Part shown: positions 51,001 through 63,988 of the stretch, in pieces
Layout: each line of letters begins with the position of its first letter
Position numbering within the stretch: the stretch's first letter is position 1
Assembly (NCBI GenBank): GCA_964057225.1
Contig: OZ059898.1
Span: forward strand, 4,154,001-4,218,000
DNA length: 64,000 nucleotides
Origin: Auanema rhodensis
Lineage: Eukaryota; Animalia; Nematoda
Reading direction: 5' to 3'
Translations under genes and position numbers: made by a program
Notes under the pieces: model-generated
Seen by the model: the letters and a program-made list of their open reading frames with translations, nothing else
Database searches by the model: none
Told to the model about the DNA's origin: nothing

Positions 51001-54000
51001 AGTTACGATCGTTGTGCAGGTGCTGCTCAGGGTGTACAACTGGCCAATACGATGAATAAGGTAATATCATAAATATACTATTATATCTGTTTGTTTATTT
51101 ATTTATTTATTTATTTAGACCAATTTACCGCATAATAATATGTCTACATTGTTAACTTCATCGATACATGGAGCTACTCAAATGAGTTTGCCTCCAAATA
51201 ATATTCAATCTGTTCTTGGACCAACTGCTTTATCTTCGTTACCAAATTCTCACCAGGGAACTTTACAACCTTCTGTACCTAAGGTACGTCAATATCATTC
51301 TTCTCTTTTTTCTTTTTTTTTCAATTTGAAAACATTCATTCTTTTCTATTTTCTATCAAAATGAAGGATTTGAATCGAATTTTCTTATTAATAAGATGAA
51401 AGTTAATTGAACTTATATAGAAGAATTTTATGACATTCATGAATAACAAATTTTTTGTGTGTCAAGTTAGATCCGTCATATTGACTTCCTGAAATCCATT
51501 AAATTTTTTTTTCAAACATTTTTCTTTTTTTTTTTCATATTTCATACTATTTTTTTCAGTGGAAAACCTCAGCCAGCCAAATGTCCCAGTACTATACATT
51601 TCATCCTCGGTTACTTCGTGGAGATGGGGCACCAGAAGAGCCAAGGCCTTCCGTCTTAGAAATGGAAAACAGCTATTTACTACGACATCGTCAATCTGAG
51701 TGGAATTCATCGGATGCACGCACACGTATGGATATCTATGCTCGACAAACGGGAAGAACGGGTAGTGCAGATGATAGACAACTTCTACGTCATCGGTATT
51801 GTTAATTATATATTATATATTGTATATCATTATTTTTTATAAGATTAATACCACCTCGATTAGCACGAGTAAAAAGTGAAAATGGATTTGGAACTCGAAG
51901 TGAACCTGATCTTCGACCACCAACATTGGATGATGATTGTCGAATGTAAGTTGTTCATGTAATTTCTTCTGAATATATTAGAAATTTTAAGGTTTGTTGC
52001 ATTATTCGATTACAATCATCACATGTCTCCAAATGCAAATGCTGAGAATGAGGAATTAAGTTTCCGGAAACATCAACTGATTAAGGTTTTTCATCTTGAT
52101 TCATCATCTTACTAACATGTTCTATATAGGTTTATGGAGGTCCAGATGCTGATGGCTTCCTTTACGGTCAAATTGGCAATCGTTTTGGATTAGTTCCTTC
52201 TAATATGGTTATTGAAATTGCAAAAGGTGATATTCTTCCGCCTCCTGAACGAAGTTCACGTGTTGAACGAGGCTCAGAGGTAAATACCAGCCAACTCAAC
52301 TAGGCATTTATCAATGCTTATCTTTAGATTCTTCCGGCCGAGCCCGCGTTGCGTCGTCAGCGATGGGGATCTGTGAAGTCTCGCAGCTACGATCATGCGG
52401 GAGATCGAAGGAACTATGATCGACCTGGTGTTTCTTCTCATTATGCTTCTCTCGAACGCCGTGAATTTGATCGGCGCTCAGAAGGGCCTACAAGGGATCG
52501 CTACCGACGATCAAACGGACGTGATTACGAGTATAGGTTTGTAGAAAACTATATAATGTGAATATTTGTAGTAAAAAATAACTTTTAGACGTGACTATGA
52601 CGATCGGTATAGAGAATCATCACGTGATCGACGAGATGACTATTATAGGGATCGAGACGATGATGATCTTAGGGACAAATACATTAGTGGTCGTTATGAT
52701 AGAGAATACGATCGTCGTGATGATCGTCGTGCAGATGATAGAGCTCTCCGAGATGAACGTCGAACTGATTATGATATGAGACGTGGTGATCGAGAATATC
52801 GTGACGATGAACGACATCGTCGAGATCGTCGTGAGGATGGGTACCGGGAAGATGGTCGAGGCAATTACGGATCTCATGGACAGTCAAATTCCAGATATGA
52901 TCAAGCACAAGTAATAACGTTTATTTATCATTTTAAAACAAATAAATATGTTTTCTAGATGATAAATCAACAACAAATACCTAATAATACTATGAATTCC
53001 CAGTTTGGTCCATCTCAAGGAATGCCCCATAATTCTGCTCAAAATCAGATGGCTCAGTTAAATAGTCAAATGAATCATGTAAGACATATTATTTAATCAA
53101 ATTAATAATAAATATAATATATATTAGATGAATATTTCAAATATGCAACAGATGCCTAATAACGTCGGGCATCCTGGTATGGTACAACAACAATCTCAAC
53201 CAAGCATGCTACCAAATGGAATGTCTGGAGGACTAATGAATGATTTAGAGTATTTTTTTTTTTTAATTTTGTATGTATTGTTGAATATTTTAGAATATCA
53301 GCACTTCCAAGACGACAAATGGTGGCAAAATTTGATTATGATTCTCGACAACTGAGTCCTAATGTTGATGCAGAACAAGTTGAATTATCATTCAGACAAG
53401 GTGATATCATAACTGTGTTTGGTGAAATGGATGATGACGGCTTCTATCGAGGGGAACTTAACGGGTGCTTCGGTCTTGTTCCGTCCAATTTTTTGCAGGT
53501 ATAATATGTTTTAGTTTATCTCCTATATACTACTAACTATATATTATTGCTATATTTCTCTTCTTATCAATATATTATAGTCTTCTCCCTTAACAACATT
53601 GGCTCCTTCACAACCATCGGAGCCTATGATGACTAGGAAAGGTGTCGCATTCTCAGATGCTGGTGCAGCTCAAGTCAGCCAGATGATGCAGCAACAGCCA
53701 CAAGCAGCTACAATCAAGAAACCTATGCCTGTACGACAGGTTTGTTGTGCTAACACTGGAAAAACAGTGTGTCCACTTGCTTCTGCTTGATGTTCGATTA
53801 TACTTCTACCCTATTTCATCCCTTTTCACCTTTTTGTCCTGCATTTGCTTCTGTTCAGTAGTTTCACTACTTTTTCACTTATACCCAATCCCGATTTCAC
53901 TGAAATTCCAAAAATGTTTATAACATTTCGAGGCAGTTATTTGAAAAAAAATACTTTCTTTTCGGCCAAAACTTTGATAATGCAATCTTTCTTATACGTT

Positions 54001-54453
54001 TCTTATAATATGAGAGTATAACCAACAATAAGATTAATATTGACACACTGTTAGTCCATTGTGATTGTGATTAGTATAGATATAGATCAAAGATAATCAT
54101 CATAACACTAAGTGTATTAGGATTTATAGTTGTTGTTGTTGTTGTTACGCATGTGCTTATCCTAACTTTATTATATATTTTGATGATTTTCTTATAATTT
54201 CTTTACAGTCTTCACAAACTTCTACTACATCTGCTGCTACTATGAACAAACCAGTTGCTAAAAAATCCACTGCTGGCCAACCAGGAGCTAAACCTTTAGC
54301 TAAAAAGACAAGCGATGTTGGAAAAGGATCATCTGGTGCTCCTAATGTTCGTAAAACATCAACTGCTGTCAAGAAAAGTGATTCTCAAAGTAAAGTAAGA
54401 TAACATTTTTTATGTTTTTTCATAATAATTCTTCTTTTTTTCAGAAAAAATGA
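35163..54453 (+). CDS. rimb-1: RIM-binding protein (SH3 - 3x FN3 - SH3 - SH3), presynaptic active-zone scaffold; about 23 exons
   Basis: SH3-1 FRALFQYLPLRDSPNENPQLELAL..GLVPSNYVE; FN3 exons at 40888, 42545/46322 and 49222; SH3-2 FVALFDY..GLVPSNMV; SH3-3 VAKFDYDSRQLSPNVDAEQVELSF..GLVPSNFL; terminal micro-exon KK* at 54445-54453. Confidence 0.93.
42329..42410. repeat. Compound (TA)n(GA)n microsatellite in a rimb-1 intron
   Basis: Direct reading. Confidence 0.95.
47333..47374. repeat. (CT)n microsatellite; a (GA)n tract follows at about 47960-48007
   Basis: Direct reading; inside a rimb-1 intron. Confidence 0.95.
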
Positions 54454-55762
54454 AATAGTACTCGAGATAATCTTATAATAACATATAAAGTTATTGAATT
54501 TTCTTTAAGAAAATCAAACTTTTATATTTTCCTGACCCTTATGTACTGTTTTCCCATATTTATCTTTCATTCTTATATTCTATTTCTTTCGTTCTTAATC
54601 ATTTTCTTCCTATTCTTATCCTCATTCTGGCCAATATCCCATATTTGAAATCAACTGCCCCCTCCCTCCGCCCCTTCTCTCCAACCTTAAATTATAAAAT
54701 ATATATTATTTATAATAGTTTTTATTGTATTCTTATTAAAAAATTCTTCTATTCCCTTTTCTCCCCCTTCTTCTTCTTCTTCCCCATTTCTCCTTTTCCC
54801 ATTTTCTTTTGATGTTTTCCTATTTTTCTTTTATTTTTTCATATAGAAATATATTTTTCTGACATCCCAAATCATGTCTTCAGAATCTCAATCACTTCCA
54901 TATTCTTCTATTAGATATTTTTATCTTTATTTTATTATTTTTCATCTCAAATTTGTTCCTCTCGGTGTCAAAACACTCCGTTTAGTTTGTTTCAAGTCAT
55001 CGGAGCTCGTGCTGTTCACGTTTATATTTATTTATTATATAATTAATTATATATTATGATTAAAATATTTCAATATGAACAGAAGAGCAATTTAATAAAG
55101 ATTTATTTGAAAATTTTTGTATTATTTCATATAAAATTAATATTCTAATGATTATACTATACATACTATATCCAAGTTAAAATATTATTTTTAAAAGCAA
55201 TCAAGCATTCTTCCTGTTTGATTCAAACAGATTTAACTGAAGATATTAAAGTTTTTCCTAATATTCTACAACTACAAAATTTTTTTTTAATATTCCAATT
55301 TGAATTGAATATTTCATTTATTTTCTTCAGAATAAGCAATTGAGCGTAGATTTCTGTTTATAACGTATCCAGAAATATTGTCATTATAGAATATCTCGGA
55401 AGACTTTTACTATTCAATATATTTAATTTTTAAAACATATCGTACTAAATTGAATTTTTCTCTTTAGAAATCTTTCTCTTCATTTACAATTTTATAATCC
55501 AATTTTAATTTTTGTATTATATGTTATGAATTTTTATTCTCTTTACTCATTTCATTTTTGAAATGTCCATATAAATTAGTAAAAGAAATAAAAACAAAAA
55601 TATAATTTTTGTGAAATTCAAAGAATTATATTTAATTTTAAAAAAAATTTGTTTAGATGTAAAACTATTTGCTTACATTTATTATATTAAAACTTTAACT
55701 ATACAATATAAATATAAAACTATTTTATTGAACAAATATTAAAAAAAACTTATTAACTTTGC

Positions 55763-55984
55763 TTATTTTTTTGAACGAGCTCTAATCAAAAGAGCAGAAA
55801 ATCCAATAATTTGAATAGAAAGAAGTAATATTAACATATAATAGATATTTGTATAAAAACTAGATGTATTGAAAGATAATGAATGAATAACATCTGTTCC
55901 ATTTTTAAAACATTGTTGTGATTTTGAAGAACATCCTGAAATTATCATACAGATTATAAACTATTCTTATAAGAAAGAGAGAGA

Positions 55985-56050
<66 letters not shown>

Positions 56051-59000
56051 GGAATTATACCTGGAATATCTGTTATATATCTCCATTCATTTATGACTAA
56101 AGATTCAAACGCATATCCTATGTAAGAAATATATTTTAATGGATAAAAATAGAATGGCAGTGTTTCTTGATTAATGAAGAATCCTAATAATTAATATAAA
56201 TTAATAAAATATTGTTATAGTTTTTTTTTAAAAATTACCTCCAAAAACCATAGCCGGAACAACAAATAATGGTAATACTGCATGAGCTAAAGGAATAGTT
56301 CCAAATATACAAGCAAAGGCATATCCTGAAAATATTTTATTATTATTAAACAGTAATTATAATAAATTTTCAAATTATTACCTACTGAAACTGAAGTATT
56401 TTGTACTAATATACCCCAAAGTAAGAAAATTAAGAAAGCATCCCACTCAGGAACTAACTGAGACATCCAATAAATAATAATAGAAAATAATAATGAAGAT
56501 AAAGTGTATACAGGCAACTAAAAAATATTTTAAATTATAAAATTATAAATTCAAAAACCTCTGCTATATTCTTTGCAAAATAATAAGCACTTGTACGATA
56601 TAGATTAGAATCATGTTCACGATGAAAAGTTGTAAATTCATTACAGAAATTCTAAAAGAAATCTTTTTTTAAAAATAAATAAAAAAGAAAAAACCTGTAC
56701 GCAACTAAATTGAAACATGAAAGCAATGTGAGTGATCATTTGGAAGATAGAACCGTTGATATTCATAATTTGATCTTGTTTAATTGAATTTTGTAAATAA
56801 AATACACCAGTCAATAGTGCCAAAAGCTAAAAAAACCATTATTATATAATTATATATTGATATTATATGTACTATTGATTGAGATATTTGAACTCTCATC
56901 ATTGTTGGTTCTCGAATAACTGTTTTCCAATTTCGCCAAATTAATAAACCAAGTTGAGTAAACCAACTAAAAGTAAAATCTTATATTTAATGTTGAGATA
57001 AAGTTTTAACCTTGCATGATATTCTGTAAGACGTTTCTCTGTTCGACGATTGTTAATCCATTCAAAACTTGTGGTTGAGCTTGAATCTGATTTCTGATCC
57101 GCTGCACGAGCTTGTCGAAGCATTCGAAGGCCAAGATCTGTTTTTTGATAATTGTCACAAATAGCCTAATCATAAATATTATTATAAATTTTAAATATCA
57201 ATTTTCAAAACCTGAATATGTCTTGCACTTCTTGAGCTGTTACTAGTGTTTGATAAACTTGAAATATAATGATCAGCTGGATTGAAATTCAAAGGAATTT
57301 CTAATCCAATAGAATTCCAAAATGATTCTGCTTGTGTTAAAGATCCAAAAAACGCCAAACGTCCTTCAGCCATGAGATAAACCCTGAAAAGTATAATTTC
57401 AGATGAAATAAAACTTAAAAACAAGCTGAATTACTTATCGAAAAGTTCAAAAATCTGACTGGAAGGTTGATGAATTGTTACCAAGATGGTCATTCCTTTC
57501 TTGCGTGCTAAATCTTTTAAAACCTATAATAAATATTAATTATAAATATAAAAATATATAAAACTTACAGAAATAACTTGGAAAGCTAAAAATGAATCTA
57601 ATCCAGAAGTTGGTTCATCACAAAATAGAATTGGAGGAGAAGTTAAAATCTGAAAAAAAAGTTTGCTCACATTCAAATATTAAACTTGACTGACTTCAGA
57701 TGCAAAACTAAGACGCTTCTTTTCACCACCTGATAATCCTTTAACAGATCGTGTTCCGATAATAGTATGTGAGCAATCACGTAATCCTAACTAAATTCAA
57801 ATATTTTCACAATTTTTATAAAAATTGAAAGAAACCTCAGATATTACTTGTCGAACTCTCTTAGTTTGATCTTTTACTGTATATCGATCATTCATTTTCA
57901 ATCTAGCCTGAATTTAATTTTTTTTCATAAAATATGAAATAATCTCAAAAACCATGAATGTTAGATGTTCGAAAACAGTTAAAGATCCAATGAAACAATC
58001 ATCTTGTTGTACATATGCTGACACACGTCTCATATAGTTACGATCAACAGTTAAGCCATTAATCTAAAAATCTATAAACTTAACTATACATGCATAGATT
58101 ATAAATATTACCTTAACATGACCTTCTGTTATTACTTTTTCCATATTTCTCTGAGTTAAAATATTTAAAAGAGTACTTTTACCAGCACCGCTACTGCCCA
58201 TGATGGCAATAACTTCTCCAGGTTGAGCTGATCCATATACTATAAGATAATAGTTAATATATATGATTATTTGAATAACTGACCTCCAGATAATATGGTC
58301 TTTTTGATTGTTTTCGTTTTCTCAATATCATCTTCCAAGCAACAATCAGAAAAAGAAAAGCAATTATTTTCCTGTTGAGGAAGCTAAAAGTCCAAGACAT
58401 GAGGAAAGACAAAAAATTATCAATTTTTATCAGTAAAATTGAAAAATAGAGTTTGAGAAAGATAAGAAAACTAACATAAGCACGAATGTCGTGCCACGAT
58501 ACAAACATGGATGACACCTGACTTGTGTTACTGATCTGAAATTTTGAAATTTAATGTATAAAACTGATAAATAAAAATAAAATAATAGAAATATATTTAA
58601 AAAAAAAGTTAAATATATATATATTGTAAATCATCATCACAATTTTAATAATGAATGGGATTTTTAATATAAAATAATATTTTAGTTCTAATAATTGATG
58701 TTATCAAAGTACAATCAATTGTAACTTAAATATAATAAATAAATATTATTTTTAAAACTTTTTCTGCTTTAAAATCCTAACTTTCAGTATAATTAATATA
58801 AAAAATAAATTTAAATCTTAATATCATGAAATACATAGTAAAAATATTAAATTTATAATATATATACTATTATATAGTTTATTTCTAATAACTAAATATT
58901 TACAGTTATATAGAATAGGAAAGATTTGAGAAAAGAATTCGAAAATATATTTATTTGGCGGTATATAAATATTTCAAACGTTTCAAAAATCAATTTTGTT

Positions 59001-59402
59001 TTAATCAATTAAAACTATAATTTTTCTTACATAATGTGAATAATTATATAAGAACAAATAATAATGAATATTAATTATATAATATTAATAAGAATATTAT
59101 ATAAATTCAGTTATATATGAAAAGTAAAGGTAATACATTAGTTTAGAATAATCTTTAACATCAATAGAGCATTCAAGATAAACGATTGTATGACTATTGA
59201 TTATAATTATCATTATCATATTTAAATAACTATATAAATAAATATTTTACTATGTTGTACAATAAAATTATTATTTTAAATATGAAAATAATGTTTCAAC
59301 CTTTTGAATTGGAAAGCCATCTGAATCAATCAAAGTTCGTCTTTCTAGGTTAGATGTATTTAGATTATCAGTATCAGTTGATGAGGATTTTGGAAGCATC
59401 AT
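55763..59402 (-). CDS. White/ABCG-family half ABC transporter (wht family)
   Basis: Walker [10 protein letters not shown] (about 58180-58200); AYVQQDD; signature [10 protein letters not shown]; Walker [13 protein letters not shown]; TIHQPSS; NPADHY; C-terminal ABC2 TM domain. The paralogue cannot be assigned by eye. Confidence 0.93.
55977..56050. repeat. (GA)n microsatellite making up much of the last wht intron
   Basis: Direct reading. Confidence 0.9.
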
Positions 59403-60266
59403 AATGCTATCATTAAAATTCACCTAAATAAATAAATAATAATAATAATAATATTTATTTTATTAAGAAAAATAAAATTTGTATTAAAAGAAAAACTCAA
59501 ATTAAAAATGCTCATCAATCTGTGTCAAGTGTTGTGCTTGTAATGCTTGGCTTTTCCTGATGCTAACTTATCATCAATAAAGAGGTACAGGTACACATCA
59601 TATCATGCTTATTTTTGAAATTTCAATCATCTTTCTTTTCTGTATTATATAATGTAATAAACTGAAAATAATTTTAATATATAATAATATAAATATAATT
59701 AACAATCTATATATTTTTAAAGTTGTTGTTATTATTATTTATTTTATAAATAATAATAAATATATCATATTCATTCAGTTTATAATTAGTAAATGTTTAT
59801 ACACATATCTCTCTATCTACATGATTGTTATATAGTATATAAGTTTTTGTCTTGTCTAACCTCTCTCATTAATCGTTAAGAGAATCCCAAAGAAAAAACC
59901 AAATGAAACGAAATTGAAATGAAGAGAAGTTGAAGAGAATAGATTTTTAAGACATTGCTATACAGTGATTTGTGCAAGCTAGCTCATTGTTCAAACTACA
60001 GATAAGATAAGACTTTACTCATTTGACCTGTATATATTAGATTATAAGATGATTATTATAATTAAAATGTATAAAATACTAATAATTTATTATAAATAGA
60101 TGAGAATTTATTTTTTATCTTTTTTTTAAAATAATAAGATATTATCTTTTATAATAATTTACATAATGCACGTGATCATCTGCTATATAAATTTTTTGTT
60201 GCTTTTTTTTGAAAATATGTTTTCAAAGATATTAATATCTAACAATTCTAATCACAAAGATAGAAA

Positions 60267-60428
60267 TCACACAGTTTCATATGAAATTACATGGCATAAT
60301 GCCAGAAATGCTATACATTTCTTAATCAGAGCAATAAAGCAGAGAAGGACGATGCTGATTGCTGCTACACAAGAATGTATCTTTGATAGTAATGAAAATG
60401 ATGATTGACTAATTTCGATTTCAATCAT
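60267..60428 (-). CDS. Possible 53-aa hydrophobic micropeptide ending in ETV*
   Basis: MIEIEISQSSFSLLSKIHSCVAAISIVLLCFIALIKKCIAFLALCHVISYETV* follows a TTATAG acceptor and is GC-richer than its flanks. No homology recognised. Confidence 0.25.
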   Translation of the reverse strand: MIEIEISQSSFSLLSKIHSCVAAISIVLLCFIALIKKCIAFLALCHVISYETV

Positions 60429-60537
60429 TCATTCTATAATGGATGAAATTCTTTCTTTTTTTTTTGAAATTTGAAGAATATCATGATATATTCAAAGAGA
60501 ATATGTAGATCTGTAAGTATGTATATGTGTTTGTGTA

Positions 60538-60570
<33 letters not shown>

Positions 60571-60635
60571 ATATTACATGACACAAGAAAGATTCATTAT
60601 GTATATTCTAGCAATTTCATTGTTTAAATTGTTTT

Positions 60636-60872
60636 TTAACCTTTTGAACTTTTCATTTTTCTTTCGTTCAAATTTATATTATCATGTGAAAGAGATCTTC
60701 TTATAGATGAAATAGAAGAAAGAGCCATGCATTTGGTGATTCGGGGGGTAGTTGGGAGTACGGTTCGGGCTATGATAATACATATCGATAGAATGAAGAT
60801 ACAGATAGCAGTGAGTCCACATAATGATATAATGATAACAAGCCTGTCATAGATGAAAGAGACAAGCTTCAT
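60636..60872 (-). CDS. Possible small single-pass membrane protein (78 aa, or an exon of a larger gene)
   Basis: MKLVSFIYDR-LVIIISLCGLTAICIFILSICIIIA-RTVLPTTPR..RRSLS..; CTCAG acceptor 8 nt before the ATG; GC-richer than its flanks. Confidence 0.4.
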   Translation of the reverse strand: MKLVSFIYDRLVIIISLCGLTAICIFILSICIIIARTVLPTTPRITKCMALSSISSIRRSLSHDNINLNERKMKSSKG

Positions 60873-61384
60873 GTCATTTTCTGAGTTCTTCTTTTCTTTT
60901 TTTTTCTTTTATATATTATTAGACATCATAGACATCTTATACTTTTCATTCATTTTTTACTAATAAATCTTTTTTTTTTGATTATATTCATTTCTCTTAA
61001 TTTATAAAATTAATTCTTTAATATTATCTTTACATATATATAGCTCATTATTAGCAATAACGATATTTGCTAATTATTTTATATTTAAATAATAACAAAA
61101 ATTAATAATAATAATAAAATATTAATTCAATTTAAATAGATATTTCTGATTGTCTATGCTATATTTGATATTTTTCTACCATATTTCTTCTATGAATTTT
61201 ATTATCATTTAACTATATAAACATATGTATATTTCTATTTATTTCTTAATTTTCTAAATTTAATTATAACTTTGAAATATTTTGAAACATCTTGTCATTT
61301 GTCTTTATTCATAAATATAATGAATAAAAGTATGAATGACATTGTCATTTGATTATTATTATTATTAGTTAGAAGGTGGTATCG

Positions 61385-62919
61385 ATGATCTGTTATAAAA
61401 TACCTGATAAGGACGTCTATGATGATCAAAACCTCTTCTGTTTTCAGCTAATGGACGACAGCCAACTGAGTACAGATAGTATTAATAATCTTAAAACGGA
61501 GTTAATGGTTGTTAAGCAAGAGATTGGGTGAGCATTTTTAGATTTTTTTCCAAGAAAAATAATAAATTTCAATTGATCAATAAGTATAAAAAATTTTATT
61601 TTATAATAAATTAATTAAAGTTAGTATATCTCAAATAATTATTTTGTTTTTCTGTAGCAATGAAGACAGTCCGATTCAACCTCACCATCTTGTAATGGCT
61701 GTAAGTATTTTTCTTTCTGTTTCAGCACCTATTATATGTAAAATCTAATTGAAAGAAAATAATTTATATTTTCTTAACAGGGTTTTGAAAGAGAAATACA
61801 GATGTTAGAACGTGATATAAGACATCAGAAAGAATCCAGTGTCAATGCTAAAACGGCTATCACATTTGAACAGTTAAAGCAAATACACATGTATGTTTAA
61901 TTACAAATATAAATAAATATATACATATATACATATATACATAACTAATTATGCATATAATTATTATAGTTAACCTATTTTAGAATGGGGAAGGTTCTTG
62001 GACCCCAAAAAGAAATTTTTTATGACCGGATATGTCGGGCAGCCGATATACAGAGAGCATCGCTCAAAAATCGTCTAAAACAGAATAAAGAGGTTTAATA
62101 ATTATTCAAAAATGTAAAAAAATGTTTTTTCAGAAATTTGAACCTCCAACAGTACGTTCACCTTCTTTGGAATCACCTTCAATAGATTCCCAAACATATT
62201 TGACTCCACCTACACTTCAAAGTATTATGTGTCTACCTAACAATGATGTCGTTTTATATTTAAATACATTTTTAATTAAAAAAACATTTTAGTTTTTAAA
62301 ACCATTAGATATCAATCTAGTTCCGCCATCAACACCTACTAAACAAGAAGAAGAAATAAGATTGCCTGCTGAACGCATATTAGATCTTATGCAACTTGGA
62401 TTTTCTTTTGATGAAGTTAAACAAGTATATCATTACTTTACATATTTCAATAGTATTTTTCTTTAAGATGACTGATCTTTTTGATCAATATAAAGATATA
62501 ATGAAACCTCATAATCCAACGTTACAACAAGTTCTATCTCAGTTTTCAAACTTTATTTCTACTAACATTCCCGATCAGTTAAAACTTATATCATCAGCTT
62601 TCAACTTACTGGAAATGGGATACAGTCGAAAAGAAGTTGCCAAAAGCTTGGCTCGTGAGGTAGGTATCAATAACTCTATTCATAGCCAATAAAAGGAGAA
62701 ATGTAAGATATTGCTATATTAATTAATGATCAGGGGACCTGCCAAGTACAACGCGAACGACCGGAACTTGATGAATATGATAGGCCCTTGAAGATGTCAC
62801 GTACTCAAAGAAACACATTAGATAGAGAAGACCGAGATGATGCAGAATATGACGCTTTGACGGAATCGTCTAATGGAAATCAGCAAGAAAACGCTCCAAC
62901 CTCAGATGAACAAACGTGA
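61385..62919 (+). CDS. Hypothetical protein with N-terminal coiled coil, S/P-rich linker and two UBA-like motifs; 8 exons; start at 61385 or 61451
   Basis: Exons splice into one continuous frame through GT-AG introns. It contains ILDLMQLGFSFDEV and NLLEMGYSRKEVAKSL; stop TGA at 62917-62919. Confidence 0.7.
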
Positions 62920-63788
62920 CATAGAAATAATGCTATGATCGAGAAGTTCAAATCCAATTATTATCAAAACGATAGTCAACGGATTTTTGTAGATAATTGT
63001 CTATAATATAATTTAGTCAATTTTATGAATTAATTATTTATTAAGTAGGTTTACTAGTTACAATTCTAAATACTGAAGCCGCTGCTTCATCTACTTGATT
63101 AGGATATAGCTATTCCATCAACTGAATAATGTTCCTCTAATTTTCACATATCTCTCATAAAATTGATTTCTCATTTATAGAAGAAACCTTTCCAAACTGG
63201 AGAGAAGAATGCTATTAATTATAATTTGTATAACTTGATATGACATACATTTACCGTTCGAAATAATAATATCTGTGAAAAGTAGCAGATTTAAAGATTA
63301 AAGATTTTTATGATCTTATGAAACTTTTATGAGAAAAAAATTAATCAACCAACTAAATAATCCAAACTATCACAAAGTTATTATAGCAGAATCGCTTTCC
63401 TAATCATCTTCAGAATAACACTTATACGGAAAGAGAAACATGAAAAATGGAAACTTTTGAAATCTATAAAAGATTTGGCTGCAAACCATGTGTCACAAGC
63501 TCAAAATAAAGACCAGATTGAAATTAACCTCTTTTTTAAGTTTTATAATACAACTATGCCAAAATTAAATTTAATTAATATTTTAGAAGCACTATAATAT
63601 AATGCTTCGATATGATTTTGCCTTTTTTTGAAAAGGCTTAGTTTTTCAACCAGCTACAGTGATATAAGCAAGTATTGATACGGCTAAGATCTTCGAGAAC
63701 TATCCAAAAATTACAATTCTATACAAACTTTTTACAAATGTGTTAATAAGAGTATGCACCGAACCCGAAAAATGGAATAAGATGATTA

Positions 63789-63988
63789 CTAATGATGCAA
63801 AGGATGAACTCGGCAAGAATCTCCTACGGCAATAATGAGTCCAGCATTACCAGCACGACCACCCCAAGTGTCATTGTAAACAACTCTAGGGAAGTCGCTT
63901 CGCTTCTCAACAGGTCGAGCTGATGGAATCATGCAAAGTAAATTTCCAGAAGACAAGGACCAACCCCTAGTGTGCTCATCTTCTCCAA
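63789..63988 (-). CDS. DCAF4: Last exon of a DCAF4/WDR21-like WD40 protein (gene continues beyond the window)
   Basis: GEDEHTRGWSLSSGNLLCMIPSARPVEKRSDFPRVVYNDTWGGRAGNAGLIIAVGD resembles the recalled DCAF4 C-terminus GQDCYTRIWSL..LLRTIPS..GGSRGAPGLLMAVG. TTTAAG acceptor ends at 63989. Confidence 0.7.

Noticed and set aside
52591-52908. Several overlapping ORFs on both strands
   Set aside because: By-product of repeated GAT/CGT/CGA codons in the R/D-rich rimb-1 exon.
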